Assembly: GCF_009914755.1 (NCBI RefSeq)
Contig: NC_060947.1
DNA length: 64,000 nt
Reading direction: 5' to 3' (one strand)
Source: the human T2T-CHM13v2.0 reference genome, Homo sapiens
Made by a program: the position numbers and the translations under genes. Positions 14,614 to 28,449 of this stretch are shown here, piece after piece. The notes below the pieces were generated by a model, which was not told the origin of the DNA, ran no database searches, and was given only the letters and a program-made list of their open reading frames with translations. Position 1 is the first letter of the stretch. Every line of letters starts with the position of its first letter.

Positions 14614-16140
14614 AATGATGAGTGAGGAAGAGTGAGAAAATTGAATCAGTAATAATAAGTCTTTAAACAAGAGCCCACATCAATATGGCTTAACTGCTAA
14701 ATTTTAGCAAACACGTAGAGAAGATATAATACCAATTCTAGACAAATTATTCCAGAAGAGGAACAATTACTTCCAAACTCATTCATTTGGCCAACATTAC
14801 CCTCATTCCAAAACCATTCAGTAGTGTAACAAATAGGCCGATATCTTTGATGTACATACATGCAAAAATCCTCAACTAAATACTAACAAGCAGAATTAAA
14901 CTGCATGTTAAAAATATTATCCACTATAATTAAGTGGGCTTCATCTTTGGAATACAAGGATGATTCAACATATGAAAATAAATAAAAGATATACACCACA
15001 TTAACAAAAAGAAAGGCAAAAACCATGTGATCAATTCAATAGACATGAAGAAATGACTTGACAAAACTTTCACTCTTTTTATATTAAAAACTCTCAAAAA
15101 ATAGGTATAGAAGGTATGTACCTCAACATAATAAAGGGCACATATAACAGCCCCAAAGCTGACATACTGAATGAGGAACAGCTGAAAACTTTTTCTTTAA
15201 GATCAGGAACAAGACAGGGATACCACCTTTCATCATTCTTTTTCAACATAGTATTGAAAGTTCTAGGCATAACGAGTAGGCAAGAGAAAAAATGAAAGGC
15301 ATCCTAATTAGAAAAGTCTAAGTTAAGTTATCTCTGTTCATAGATATATATATAATATATATATATATTATATATAATATAGAAAATAATAAAGAATGCA
15401 CCAAAAAACTGTTTGAAATAATAAACAAATTCAGTAAAGTTGCAGGATACAAAACCAACATACAAAAATTAGTATCATTTCTATACATTAATGGCAAACT
15501 ATCTGAAAAAATCAATTGAACAATTCAATTACTGGTAGATACAAAAAAACAAGAAACACCCAAATAAATGTAACAAAGGAGGCAAAAGATCTCTACATTG
15601 AAAACTGTAAAATATTGATGAAAGAAATTGAAGACACAAACAAATGGCAAGGTTTCCTATGCTCATGGATTGAAAGAATTAATATTATTGAAATGGCCAT
15701 ACTGTCCAAAGCATTCTGCAAATTTAATAGAATCTCTATCAAAATACCAGTAACATTCTTAATAAAAATAGAAAAAAAAAATCCTTAAATTCCCATGGAA
15801 GCATAAAAGATTCTGAAATACCCAAAGCAATCCTGAACCAAAAAATTGACACACAGACAAATGGAACAGAATAGACAGTGAATAAATAAATTCACACCTA
15901 CAGCCAACTGATATTTATTTGACAAATGTTTTAAGGACACATATTGGGGAAAAGCCAGTCTCTTCAAGAAATGGTTCTGGGAAAATGGAAGAGCCTTATG
16001 CAGAGGAATGTGAGCATATTCCTGCATCTCACCATATATAAAAATCTACTCAAAATGGTTTAAAGATGTAAACATAAAACTGACACTATAAAACTAGTAG
16101 AAGAAAACTTAAGGGGACACTTTAAGGCATTGGGCTAAAC

Positions 16141-17299
16141 AATTTCTTTTATTTTTATTTTTATAGATTTAGGGGTACAAGTGCAGTTATGCTACATTGA
16201 AATATTGCATAGTGATGAAGTGTGGGCTTTTGGTGTACCCATCAACCAAATAGTGTATGTTGTACCAAATACCAAATAGGTAGTATTTTATCCCCTTCCA
16301 CCATCCCACTTTTGGAGTCTCCAATGTCTGTTATTCTACTCAGTGTGTCTACATGTACACATTGTTTAGCTCCCACGTATAAGTGAGAATGTGAAGTTTT
16401 TGACTTCCTATTTCTAAGTCATTTTATTTAGGATAATAGCCAATAGTTCCATCCATGTTGTTGCAAAAAACATGAGTATATTCTTGTTATGGCTGAGTAG
16501 TATTCCATTATATTTATATAAATATATATATTTATCTCTCTATCCCTCTCTGTCTCTGTCTCTCTCTCTCTCTTTCTATATATATATATATATTATATAT
16601 ATATTATATATATTATATATAATATATATATAATATATATAATATATATATATTATATATATAATATATATAATATATATATATTATATATATATAATAT
16701 ATATATAAAATATATATATATAATATATATATACACACACAGACCACATGTATGTCATTCAGTCATCCACTAATGGACAGTTAGGTTGATTGTATGACTT
16801 GGCTATTGAGAACAGTGTTGCAATAAACATAAGAATGCAGGTGTCATTTTGATAAAATAACTTCCTTTTGGGGAGTAGATACTCAGCAATGGAACTTCTG
16901 GGAAAAAAAGGCAGTTCTAAATTTAGTTTTTTGAGAAATCTGTTTTCTATAGAGCAATTTACATTGTCACTGACATTATATAAGTGATCCCTCTTCTCTG
17001 CATTCTCAACAATATCTTTTGTTTTTGACTTTTTAGTAATAGCCATTCTGAGTGGTATAAGATGGTACATTATTGTGGTTTTAATTTGCATTTCTCTGAT
17101 AATTAGTGATATTGAGCATTTTTATTTTATGTTATTGCTGGCCATTTGTATGTCTTCCTCATTTGTAGGTCTTTTGTCCATTTTTTAATAATAATAATAT
17201 AATTTGCAATTGAGTAATTTGAGTTTCTTATATATTCTGGTTATTAATCTTTTGATAGACTGATGACAATTTGGAAATATTTTCTCACATTTTGGAGGC
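16141..17299 (-). mobile_element. 5'-truncated L1PB4-like element
   Basis: T-rich tail then 'tttaggggtacaagtgcag...atattgcatagtgatgaagtgtgggctttt'. Minus-strand [26 protein letters not shown] matches the L1 ORF2 C-terminus. Confidence 0.8.
16533..16740. repeat. Compound microsatellite (CT)n followed by ~155 bp of interrupted (TA)n and (CA)n
   Basis: Seen directly in the sequence. Confidence 0.97.
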
Positions 17300-18165
17300 T
17301 AGTTAGAATGGCTATTACTAAAAAGACAATAGAAAACAAGTGCTGGTGAGGATGTGGAAAAAAAACCTACACATTTTTGGTAGGATCATAAATTATTACA
17401 GCGATTATGGGAAAAATATGAATTTTTTCAAAAATGTAAGTAGAACTTCTGTGTGATCCAGTAATTCCACTATTGTGTATATACCCAAAGGAAATCAAAT
17501 TGGTATTTTGAAGAGATACCTGCATTCCTGTATTCATTGAAGTACTATTTCTGATAGCCAAGATGTGAAATCAACCAATTTCTCCAATAATGTACTAATA
17601 AAGAAAATATGGCATATATACACAATGGAATTATGTTCAGCTATTGAAAAATAATAAAATTTTGCCATCCGTCACCACATGTGTGGGCCTGAAGGACATC
17701 ATGTTAAGGAAAATAAGCCAGACACAGAAAGACAAGGACCACATGGACTCACTCATATCTGTAATCTAAAAAAATGTAGGTATCATAGAAGCTGAGAGTA
17801 GAATATTAATTTCCAGAAACCGGGGAGAAGAAAGGGGAGAAGAATAGAGAATGGGGAGAAGTTTGTCAACAGGTACAAAATAACATTAAATAGTAGAAAT
17901 AATTCTGTTGTTTTATTGTACAAAAGGATAATGACAGTCAACATTGACATATTGCATAGCACAAAATAGCTAGAAAATTGGCTTTGAATATTCTCATCAC
18001 AAAGAAATGATACATGCATAAGGTGATGTATACTCTATGTAATCTGATTAGATCAGTATACTATGTGTGTGTGTGTGTTTATAATAATCAAATTTTACCC
18101 TATAAATATGAACAGTTGAACTGTGCCAATAAAATAATAAATTCAAAAAGTGCCAAAAATATTAA

Positions 18166-18350
18166 ATAAAACAATTGTTGATGGAATAGTTAACATACAT
18201 ATTTTTAAAATACCTTAATTTTTATGTGGAACCATTAATAAATTAACTAAAAATAGATTATAGGATAAACATAAAACCCAAAGCTATAAAACATTTTATA
18301 GTAAAAACAGGAAGAACTCTTTAATATTCTGAGTTGCAAATATTTGTTAG
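18166..18350 (+). mobile_element. Old L1M ORF2 fragment continuing the 230-904 element
   Basis: 'aaattaactaaaaatagattatagg...aaacccaaagctataaaacatttta' is the consensus segment that follows the one ending at ~900. Confidence 0.6.
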
Positions 18351-19115
18351 TGTATTAGTCTGTTTTCACACTGTAATAAAGAACTGTCCAAGACTGGGTA
18401 ATTTATAAAGGAAAGAAGTTTAATTGACTCACAGCTCCACATGGCTGGGGAGGCCTCAAGAAATTTGCAATCATGGTGGAAGGTGAAGGGGAAGCAAGGC
18501 ACCTTCTTTACAAGGTGGCAAGAAGAAGAATGAATGCAGGAGGAACTACCAAGCACTTATAAAAACATCAGATCTCATGAGAAATCACTCACTATCATGA
18601 GAACAGGATGAGGGAAATCATACCCATGATTCAATTACCTCCACCTGGTTCCTCCCTTGATACATAAGGATTATGGGGATTACAATCCAAGATGAGATTT
18701 TGGGTGTGCACACAGCCAAACCATATCATTCTGCCCCTGGCCTCTCTCAGATCTCATGTGCTCACATTTCAAAACACAATCATGCCTTCCCAAACGACCC
18801 CCAAAGTCTTAACTCATTTCAGCATTAACCCAAAACTCCACGTCCAAAATCTCATCTGAGACAAGGCAAGTCTCTGATGCTTATGAGCCTGTAAAATCAA
18901 AAGCAAGTTAGTTAGGAAGTAACTAACTAACTAACTTGCTTTTGACCTGCCACCATGTAATGCATTTTTTGCTTCCCCTTTGCCTGCTACCATAATTGTA
19001 AGTTTCCAGAAACTTCCCCAGCCATGTGGAACTGTGAGTCAACTAAATCTCTTTTCTTTATAAATTACCCAGTCTCAGGTAGTTCTTTACAGCAGTGTGA
19101 AAATGGACTAATACA
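18351..19115 (-). mobile_element. Rearranged THE1 (THE1C/D-like): minus LTR 18351-18728, minus internal 18729-18915, then plus-strand internal stub and LTR 3' half to 19115
   Basis: 'tgtattagtc...cagccaaaccatatca' is a minus-strand THE1 LTR. Internal sequence matches the reverse complement of 37480-37670. 'cctgccaccatgtaa...ggactaataca' is a plus-strand LTR end. Confidence 0.9.
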
Positions 19116-19124
19116 GTATGGCTG

Positions 19125-19481
19125 CTAACTTGGTTCACTTGAGCTTCTATGACAAAATATGACAGGCCCGGTGGCTTATAAATAACAGAAATTTATTATC
19201 ACAGTTTTGGTGGCTGAGATTTCAAGGTCAAGGCACTGACAGATTTGATGTCTGATGAGACCTCATCTGGATCAGAGATGGCACCTTCTTACTGTGTCTT
19301 CACATGATGTAAAAGCCAGGGTCATTCTCCAGGACCTCTTTAATAAGGGCACTAATTTTATTCATAAGGCTCTGCTCTCATGACCTAATCAACTGTCAAC
19401 AAAAACCTAAAATGTTCTATTACAGTTGCCTTGGGGGAATTTCAACATATACATTATAGGGAACACATTCAGACCATAGCA
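19125..19481 (-). mobile_element. MLT1A-like MaLR solo LTR
   Basis: 'ggtggcttataaataacagaaatttatt...aagggcactaat...acattcagaccatagca'. Confidence 0.8.
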
Positions 19482-19484
19482 GCT

Positions 19485-19712
19485 GCATTTATTGGATACT
19501 CTGGAAAAGGTAATACTATAGGAACAAAAATTAGACCAGTTGTTTTCAGGGGCATGGGAGTGGGGGGAGGAACTGATTTAACATGGACATAATAGTGCTT
19601 TCTGATTGTTATGGTGATTACATTATTGTGTAGGTTTGTCAGAACATCAAAGAGTACACAATAAAAAGGTGAATTTTACTGTGTGTAAATTATGCCTCCA
19701 TAAATCTGACAA
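19485..19712 (+). mobile_element. L1MC/MD-type 3' end, probably of the outer host L1
   Basis: 'tctggaaaaggtaatactatagg...ggtgaattttactgtgtgtaaattatgcctccataaa'. Confidence 0.65.
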
Positions 19713-20071
19713 AAGTGCAAAAGACAAACATTTTACTGTTTAAACAAATATTTTGATGTATTGCGGGATTTAGAAAATAGGCAAAAGCAGAATCTATGAC
19801 AATACCACAAAACATGGTAAGGGTAAACAGAATTATACTGCTGTAAGATCTAAAAAGATATATATATATATATAATATAAAATGAATTATGGAAATTTCT
19901 TATCAAAATTTAATATAAACAGATAAAATATTTCAATTGAAAGAAAAATAATATCATATTTGCATAAAAGGAAATATGTAGATTACAATAAACAAAATTT
20001 AAAACATGATAACAGCTGAAAAATAGGATGTGTAACATGATACTAGGCAAATATAATCTAAAGAAGCATGC

Positions 20072-22150
20072 AGAGTGACATCAGCAAAATGGCAGATTAG
20101 GAATTGTACAGCTTCCACTCCCTACCTACACAGAAACCCAACTAGCAACTATCTAAAGGTAACAATACTAACCTGAATATCCCAGAACTTGGGGTTGAGG
20201 CTGATACACTCCCTTGGACTACGGAACCAAGAAAATCTATGATCAAATGGTAAGACAAATGGTTCTCTTTGACTATACTCCCCCTCCCCAAGCTAGCACA
20301 GGGCCATGCACAGAGAATTCCTCTGGACCTATGGTTTCTACAGTGTTATAAGTAAATCAAAGGCAGGCATTTAGCTTCCCCATGATTCTGGGATTCCACA
20401 CTAGAGACTTACTCCTCTCTCATCTTACAGGAAACAGTGGGAGTGTCAGCAGGGCTGGACCACCTTGAGTTACTTAGGAGCAAAAAAATGTAGTATGGCT
20501 TACATAAACTAGACCTCAGATTTTGGTTGCTGCTCTACATTTCTGCCAATGAAGGCAACACACTAAAGAAACTAGCTGACAACAATTGTAGCCTGAGATA
20601 AACTAGCTGTGTTGACCTGAGGTTTAAGATTCCCCATGGGCTTGCAATAGCTGCAGTGATTATGGCTTTGGAGATCACACCAGATTATTTTCCCACAATA
20701 TCTTGAAAGGCTTTCTGTTGATGAACGTTCCTAAACAAAGCCAGACTGCAAAGACTAAAGTAAATCCTTACTTCTTCAGTGCACAGATATGGCTGCAAAA
20801 GCACAAGGATCAAGAACAAAAACATGACACCACCAAATGGATAAAATAAGGTGCCAGTAACTGCCAATAAAGAGATAAACATGTATGAACAGTCTGAGAA
20901 ATAATTCAAAATAATTACTTCAGGAAGTGCGGAGAAATTCAAATAAATACAGAGAATAATTCAGAAATTTATCAGAGAATTAAAAAAATTGAAATAATAA
21001 ATGAAACAGAAATCATAGGGCTGAAAAAATGCAATGAACAAAATAAAATATGCGATAGATAGCATCAACAATGAATTGATCAAGCAGGACAAAACATCTG
21101 TGAACTCAAATATCAGTTATTTGAAAATGTACTATCAGAGGAGAAAAAGAAAAAAATTGGAAGGAATAAAGAAAGCGTAGGAGACTTATGGGACAACGTT
21201 AGAAGAGCAAACGTGTGAGTCATGGTGATCAAGAGGGAGTAGGGAAAGATAAAGGAGTAGAATGTTTGTTTAAAAAATAATAGCAGAAAACTTTCCAAAG
21301 CTATGGAAACATATAAATATCTAAGTATAGGACAATCAAATATCTTCATTCAGATTCCATTCAAATAAGACTACTCCAGGACATATAATCAATGTGTCAA
21401 AGATGAAAGACAAAGAGAAGGTCTGGTAAACAGAAAGAGAAAATAAGCAAATAACATAGGAGTACCAATACACATTGCAACAGACTTCTCAGCAGAAACC
21501 TTATAGGCCAGAAGAAAGTGAGATGACATATTCAAAGTAAGTACCGAAGGAAAAAAAAAAAGAAGTTTCCAACCAAAAATATTTTGACCCACAAAACTGT
21601 CCTGCAGAAATGAAGGATGGATCAAGATATTCCCAAACAAACAAAAGCTGGGGGAATTTATCACCACCTGACTAGTCTTACAAGAAATGCTAAAGGGACT
21701 TCTTCAAGCTGAAAGAAAAGGATACTAGTAAGTAAGAGGAAAACATTTGTAAGTATACAACTCACCGTTGAAAGTGAGTATTTAGTAAAATTTGGAATAT
21801 TCTAATACTTTAATATTGTTGTGTAAATCACTTAAGTCTTTAATATAAAAGTTACAATAAAAACTATTAAAATAATAACATTATAAATTGCTAAGGAATA
21901 TGCAATATAAAAAGTAGTAAATTATGACATTTCATATTCAAAATGTGGAAGGAGAGTGGAATTATAGAGTTTTTTTCAATTAAAGATATATTGTTATCAG
22001 AAAAAATAACTTGTTATAACTATTAAGTGTTTTATGTAAGCCTCACGATAATCACAAGGCAAAAACCTATGATAGATTAACAATATGAAGCAAGGCATCA
22101 AAATATACTACTAGAGAAAATAACTATGAAGAAAGACTAAGAGGGAAAAT
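20072..22150 (+). mobile_element. L1M 5'UTR + ORF1 + inter-ORF fragment (3' part lost)
   Basis: Start 'gtgacatcagcaaaatggcaga'. ORF1 motifs 'cagacttctcagcagaaaccttataggccagaag' and 'acaagaaatgctaaaggga'. Confidence 0.8.
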
Positions 22151-22239
22151 GTACAAACACATAAATTAAAACAAATAAATTAAACAACATAAATTAAAAC
22201 ACATAAATTAAAAAACATACGTTTTCAAAAATTTTTTAG

Positions 22240-22798
<559 letters not shown>

Positions 22799-23755
22799 AA
22801 AATTTTAAATTCAAACTTTAATTTTAGGTTCAGAGGGTACAAGTGTAGGTTTGTTACATGAGTAAATTGCGTGTCATTGGGGTTTGGTGTACAAAAGATT
22901 TCATCACCCAAGTAGTAAGCATAGTACCCAATAGGCAGTTTTATGAACCTCACCCTTCTCCCCCACTTCACCATTAAGTAAGTCCTGGTGTCTATAGTAT
23001 ACATCTTTCTATCTACATGCACTCAATCTTTAGCACCCACAAATAAGTGAGAACATGAAATACTTGGCTTTCTGCTCCTTTATTAATTCACTTCGGGTAA
23101 TGGCCTCCAAATTGATTCCTGTCATTGCAAAGGACATAATTTCATTTTTATGTCTGCATAGTATTCCACAGTATATGTGTATCACATTTTCCTTATATAG
23201 CCTACTGTTTGTGGGCATCTGGGTTGAGTCCATGTCTTTGCTATTCTGAAAAATGCTGCAGTTAACATATGTGTGCAAGTGTCTCTATGGTAGAATAATT
23301 TATATTCTTTTAGATACATGGCCAGTAATAGGATCGCTGAGTCAAACAGGAGTTTTGTTTTAAGTTAGGTCCCACTATTTGATTTTTTTTTTTTTGGTCT
23401 TTGTAAAAATATATTTTCCAAGGCCTATGTCCAGAATGGTATTTCCTAGGTTTTCCGCTAGGGTTTCTATATAATAGTTTTAGGTTTTAGACTTAAGTCT
23501 TTCATTCATCTTTAGTTGATTTTTGTACATGGTGAAAGGAAGTGCAGTATAAATTTTCTGCATATGGCTATTGAGCAGCATTTATTAAATATGTAGTCCT
23601 TTTCCAAATGCTTATTTTCAACTTTGTTGAAGATTTGATAGTTGTAGTTATGCAGCTTTATTTCCGAGCTCTCTAATCTGTTCCATTGGTCTATGTGTCT
23701 ACTTTTGTACCAGTAGCATGCTGTTTTCTTTATGGTAGAATTGTAGTATAGTTTT

Positions 23756-25142
23756 TTTTTACTTTATTTATTTATTTATTTTTTATTATTTTTTTTAAAT
23801 TTTTTTAGTATTTATTGATCATTCTTGGGTGTTTCTCAGAGAGGGGGATTTGGCAGGGTCATAGGAGAATAGTGGAGGGAAGGTCAGCAGATAAACATGT
23901 GAACAAAGGTCTCTGGTTTTCCTAGGCAGAGGGCCCTGCCACCTTCCGCAGTGTTTGTGTCCCTGGGAACTTGTGATTAGGGAGTGGTGATGACTCTTAA
24001 CGAGTATGCTGCCTTCAAGCGTATATTTAACAAAGCACATCTTGCACTGCCCTTAATCCATTTAACCCTTAGTGGACACAGCACATGTTTCAGAGAGCAG
24101 GGGGTTGGGGGTAAGGTTATAGATCAACAGCATCCCAAGGCAGAAGAATTTTTCTTAGTACAGAACAAAATGGAGTCTCCTATGTCTACTTCTTTCTACA
24201 CAGACACAGTAACAATCTGATCTCCCTTTCCTTTCCCCACATTTCCCCCCTTTCTACTGGACAAGACCGCCATCATCATCATGGCCCGCTCTCAATGAGC
24301 TGTTGGGTACACCTCCCAGACGGGGTGGTGGCCGGGCAGAGGGGCTCCTCACTTCCCAGACGGGGCAGCCCCCACCTCCCGGACGGGGCGGCTGCCAGGC
24401 GGAGGGGCTCCTCACTTCCCGGATGGGGCGGCTGCTGGACGGAGGGGCTCCTCACTACTCAGTCGGGGCGGCCGGTCAGAGACGCTCCTCACCTCCCAGA
24501 CGGGGTGGCGGTGGGGCAGAGACACTCCTCAGTTCCCAGACAGGGTCGCGGCGGGGCAGAGGCGCTCCCCACATCCCAGACGATGGGCGGCTGGGCAGAG
24601 ACGCTCCTCACTTCCTAGACAGGATGACGGCTGGGAAGAGGAGCTCCTCACTTCCCAGACAATGGGCGGCCAGGCAGAGACGTTCCTCACTTCCTAGACG
24701 GGGTGGCGGCCGGGCAGAGGCTGCAATCTCGGCACTTTGGGAGGCCAAGGCAGGCGGCTGGGAGGTGGAGGTTGTAGCGAGCCGAGATCACGCCACTGCA
24801 CTCCAGCCTGGGCAACATTGAGCACCATCTACAATGAGTGAGCGAGACTCTGTCTGCAATCCCGGCACCTCGGGAGGCCGAGGCTGGCAGATCACTCGCG
24901 GTCAGGAGCTGGAAACCAGCCCGGCCAACATGGTGAAACCCCGTCTCCACCAAAATTACAAAAACCAGTGAGGCGTGGAGGCGCGTGCCTGCAATCCCAG
25001 GCACTCGGCAGGCTGAGGCAGGAGAATCAGGCAGGGAGGTTGCAGTGAGTCGAGATGGTGGCAGTACAGTCCAGCCTCCGCTCGGCATCAGGGGGAGACG
25101 GTGCAAAGGGGAGTGGGAGTGGGAGCGGGAGAGGGAGAGGGC
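23756..25142 (-). mobile_element. Full-length SVA (short VNTR, SVA_A/B-like)
   Basis: Poly-T 23756-23806, SINE-R to ~24300, GC-rich VNTR (ctcctcacttcccagacgggg) ~24310-24720, Alu-like segment to ~25100, and degenerate hexamer repeat 25108-25141. Perfect 14-bp TSD tgtagtatagtttt at 23742-23755 and 25143-25156. Confidence 0.97.
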
Positions 25143-26059
25143 TGTAGTATAGTTTTAAGTCAGATAATGTGATGCTTCCAGCTTTGTTCTTTTTACTTAG
25201 GACTGCTTTGGCTCTGTGGGCTCTTTTTGGCTGTATATGAATTTTCAAATCGATTTTTTTTTTCAAATTCTGTAGAGAATGATGTTCATAGTTTGCTACG
25301 AATACCACTGAATCTGTAAATTTCTTTGGACAATATGTCCATTTAACAACATTGATTCTTCCTATCCATGAGCACGGGATGTTTTTCCATTTTATTGCAT
25401 CATCTCTAATTTCTTTCAGCAATGTTTTGGTGTTTTGTAATTCTTATTGTGAAGATCTTCACCTACTTGGTTAGCTGTATTCCTAGGTATTTTATTCTTT
25501 GTGGTGCTATTGTGAGTGGAATTGTGTTCTTAATTTCCCACTCAACCTGGACATTGTTGTTATACAGAATTACAACTGATTTTGCACTTTGATTTTGTAT
25601 CCTGAAATTTTACTGAAGTTGTTTATCTATTCCAGGAGTCTGTGGGCAGAGACTAAGGGCTTTTCTAAGTATAGAATCATATCATCTGTGAAGAGAATTA
25701 GTTTGACTTTCTGTCTTCCTATTTGGCTGCCTTTTATTTCTTTCTCTTGCCTGATTGCTCTGGCTAGGACTTCCAACGCTATGTTGAATAGGAGTGATGA
25801 AAGTGGGCATTCTTGTCTTCTTCCGATTCTCAAGGGGGATGCTTCCATCTTTAGCTCTTTCGGTGTGATGTTGGCTATGAGTTTTTTATAGATGGCTCTT
25901 ATTATTTTTACAGTATCTCCCTTTGATGCCTGGTCTGTTAAGGGTTTTTAACATGAAGGGATGTTGAATTTTATTGAAAGCCTTTTGTGCATCTATGTAG
26001 ATAATCACGTGTTTTTTGTTTGTTTTAGTTCTGTTTATGTGATGAATTATATTTATTGA

Positions 26060-26423
<364 letters not shown>

Positions 26424-27186
26424 TGATTTGCTAGTATTTTGCTGAAGATCTTTGGATCTCTATTCAACAGGGGTATTAGCCTGAAGTGGTTTTTTTGTGT
26501 GTGTGTCTCCCTCAGGTTTTGACATCAGAATGATGCTGGCCTCCTAGAATATATTAGAGAGGAGTCTTTACTCCTCAATTTTTTGGAAGAGTTTCAGTAG
26601 GATTGGTCTTCTTCATATGTCTTCTAGAATTTTTCTCTGAATGTATCTGGTCCAGGGCTTTTTTTCGGTTGGTAGGTTTTTAATTACTGATTAAATTTGG
26701 AAATTGTTATTGATTTGTTCAAGTATTCGATTACTTTCTGTTTCAATCTTGAAGAAATACTGTTCTGATATTGTTAAAAACATTTAATAAAAAATTTAAT
26801 AAGCATAGAAAAGTCATATTTGTAAAATAAAGATAAAATAAACCTTTCATTGTGGGAAAGATAACTTGCAAATTGCATTTAAACAACATCCTTCTTTGCT
26901 TACAAGCCCTTTACATCAAGAGAAGATTAGTATGGTAGTTGGAAAAGCCTTCAGTGTTTATTATTATTATTATTAATAGTTATTATGAAGAACTTCTGTT
27001 TCCTATTTTTGTTTTCTGTCCTCTCTTTGTTGTCTGACCTCCTAACATGTGAAATAAGCAATCAGCCTCCACAGCTTGAGATTCTGCAACCAATTTCACA
27101 TTGTACCACAGGCAAACAGTTGGAGACATGGCTTAATTGAGATTTAACTTCATTAAAAGCTGTATTTCTAAACTGGACTAGAGTTT

Positions 27187-27258
27187 AGAGAGAGAGAGAG
27201 ATTTTATATATATATATATATATATAAAAATAAGATATATATACATATATATATATAA
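27187..27258. repeat. (GA)n(TA)n compound microsatellite
   Basis: Seen directly in the sequence. Confidence 0.9.
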
Positions 27259-28449
27259 TTCTCTCCAGTCTCCTCCCCTCCCCCTCTCAACTATTGAGAA
27301 TTGTTTGGATTTTGTATCCACTAGATTGTCAATAATTAGAAGACAACTGTAATCATTTTGCATATGAAAACATTTGGGTTTCCAAATGTATTTTTCTTTT
27401 TAATTCGAATTTGAAAGTCAAATAACATATCTCTTGAAGGTAAGAGGCTCATTGGTCCTGGTTGTGGTCTGGATATATTGTAATATTGTAGGAAAATAGA
27501 ATGCAAATGTAAACATTTTACCTTCTAGTTCTTAACTAGAAATTACAGAAAAATTTTTAAAAATCATATTTTTAAACTCTTACTATGCTCCTTTTGATAG
27601 TACCTGTAATGCTCTAATATTAGTAAGTAGTATAAACAAAAGATTCTACCATTTTGTCTGAGACATAGCAAAATTTGTTAATGATATTGAAATACCAATC
27701 AAAATTCTGTAATATTTAAACTGTTTAAAAAGCCATTTTTCCTGTAGTATCCAACTGACTTCTGGCCCCAATAACTGAGAAAACAGATTATCCTAACTTA
27801 ACAAATGAGATAATAAACCATACTAATTAAAGTCTTTTAATTCGGATAAGAGAAAAGCTGAGAATAATTTCAAAGTACAACAATGTCAGAATAGCTGTTA
27901 TCTACTTGAAATATTTACTCTCTTAATATACTGCAGAATTTTACTAACCAAATACTTGCTTAACTGGAATTAGAACATTGAGCTATTCACTGCTGAAGAA
28001 AATTAATTTTAGGACAATTGGCATTACTCAGCTTTTCCTAATAAAAATTATAATTGATAAAATTGTTGACAGTTTAATAAATATCGTCTTCTAGTTTGTA
28101 CAAGAAATATGCTTTAACATGATCCTTGCTATATTAACATAAAGATAGAAAACGTCTGCAAATAGCAGAAAAATACTCTATCAGGGAATAGGTAAGACTA
28201 CTTTTCTATTACTAGTAGGACAGAATAATGGTAATGAATTTAAGTTCATCCATATTCTCTCTTCTACTCATATTCAATCCCCCACATATTCAATAGCGAA
28301 CATTTGTGAACATCTGTTAGAGACTCTAATCTATATTCCTGAAGAATTAGTATGATGTTACCTGACCCATAATAAATGATCAGAATCTGAGTTTGGCCTT
28401 ACTAGCACTCTTCCTAACATTACTCAAATAAATTGATATCAAAATGTAA

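Larger units (their letters stand above)
8356..18165 (+). mobile_element. 5'-truncated L1MA5/6-like element in pieces (8356-8769, 14623-16140, 17300-18165)
   Basis: ORF2 is collinear across the 8770-14613 insertion (gaacagaccaataatgag|tgag...attgaatcagtaataa). L1MA-type 3'UTR at 17700-18165. Confidence 0.75.

Noticed and set aside
24295-25106. Long GC-rich ORFs (107-172 aa)
   Set aside because: Chance open frames in the SVA VNTR and Alu-like region.
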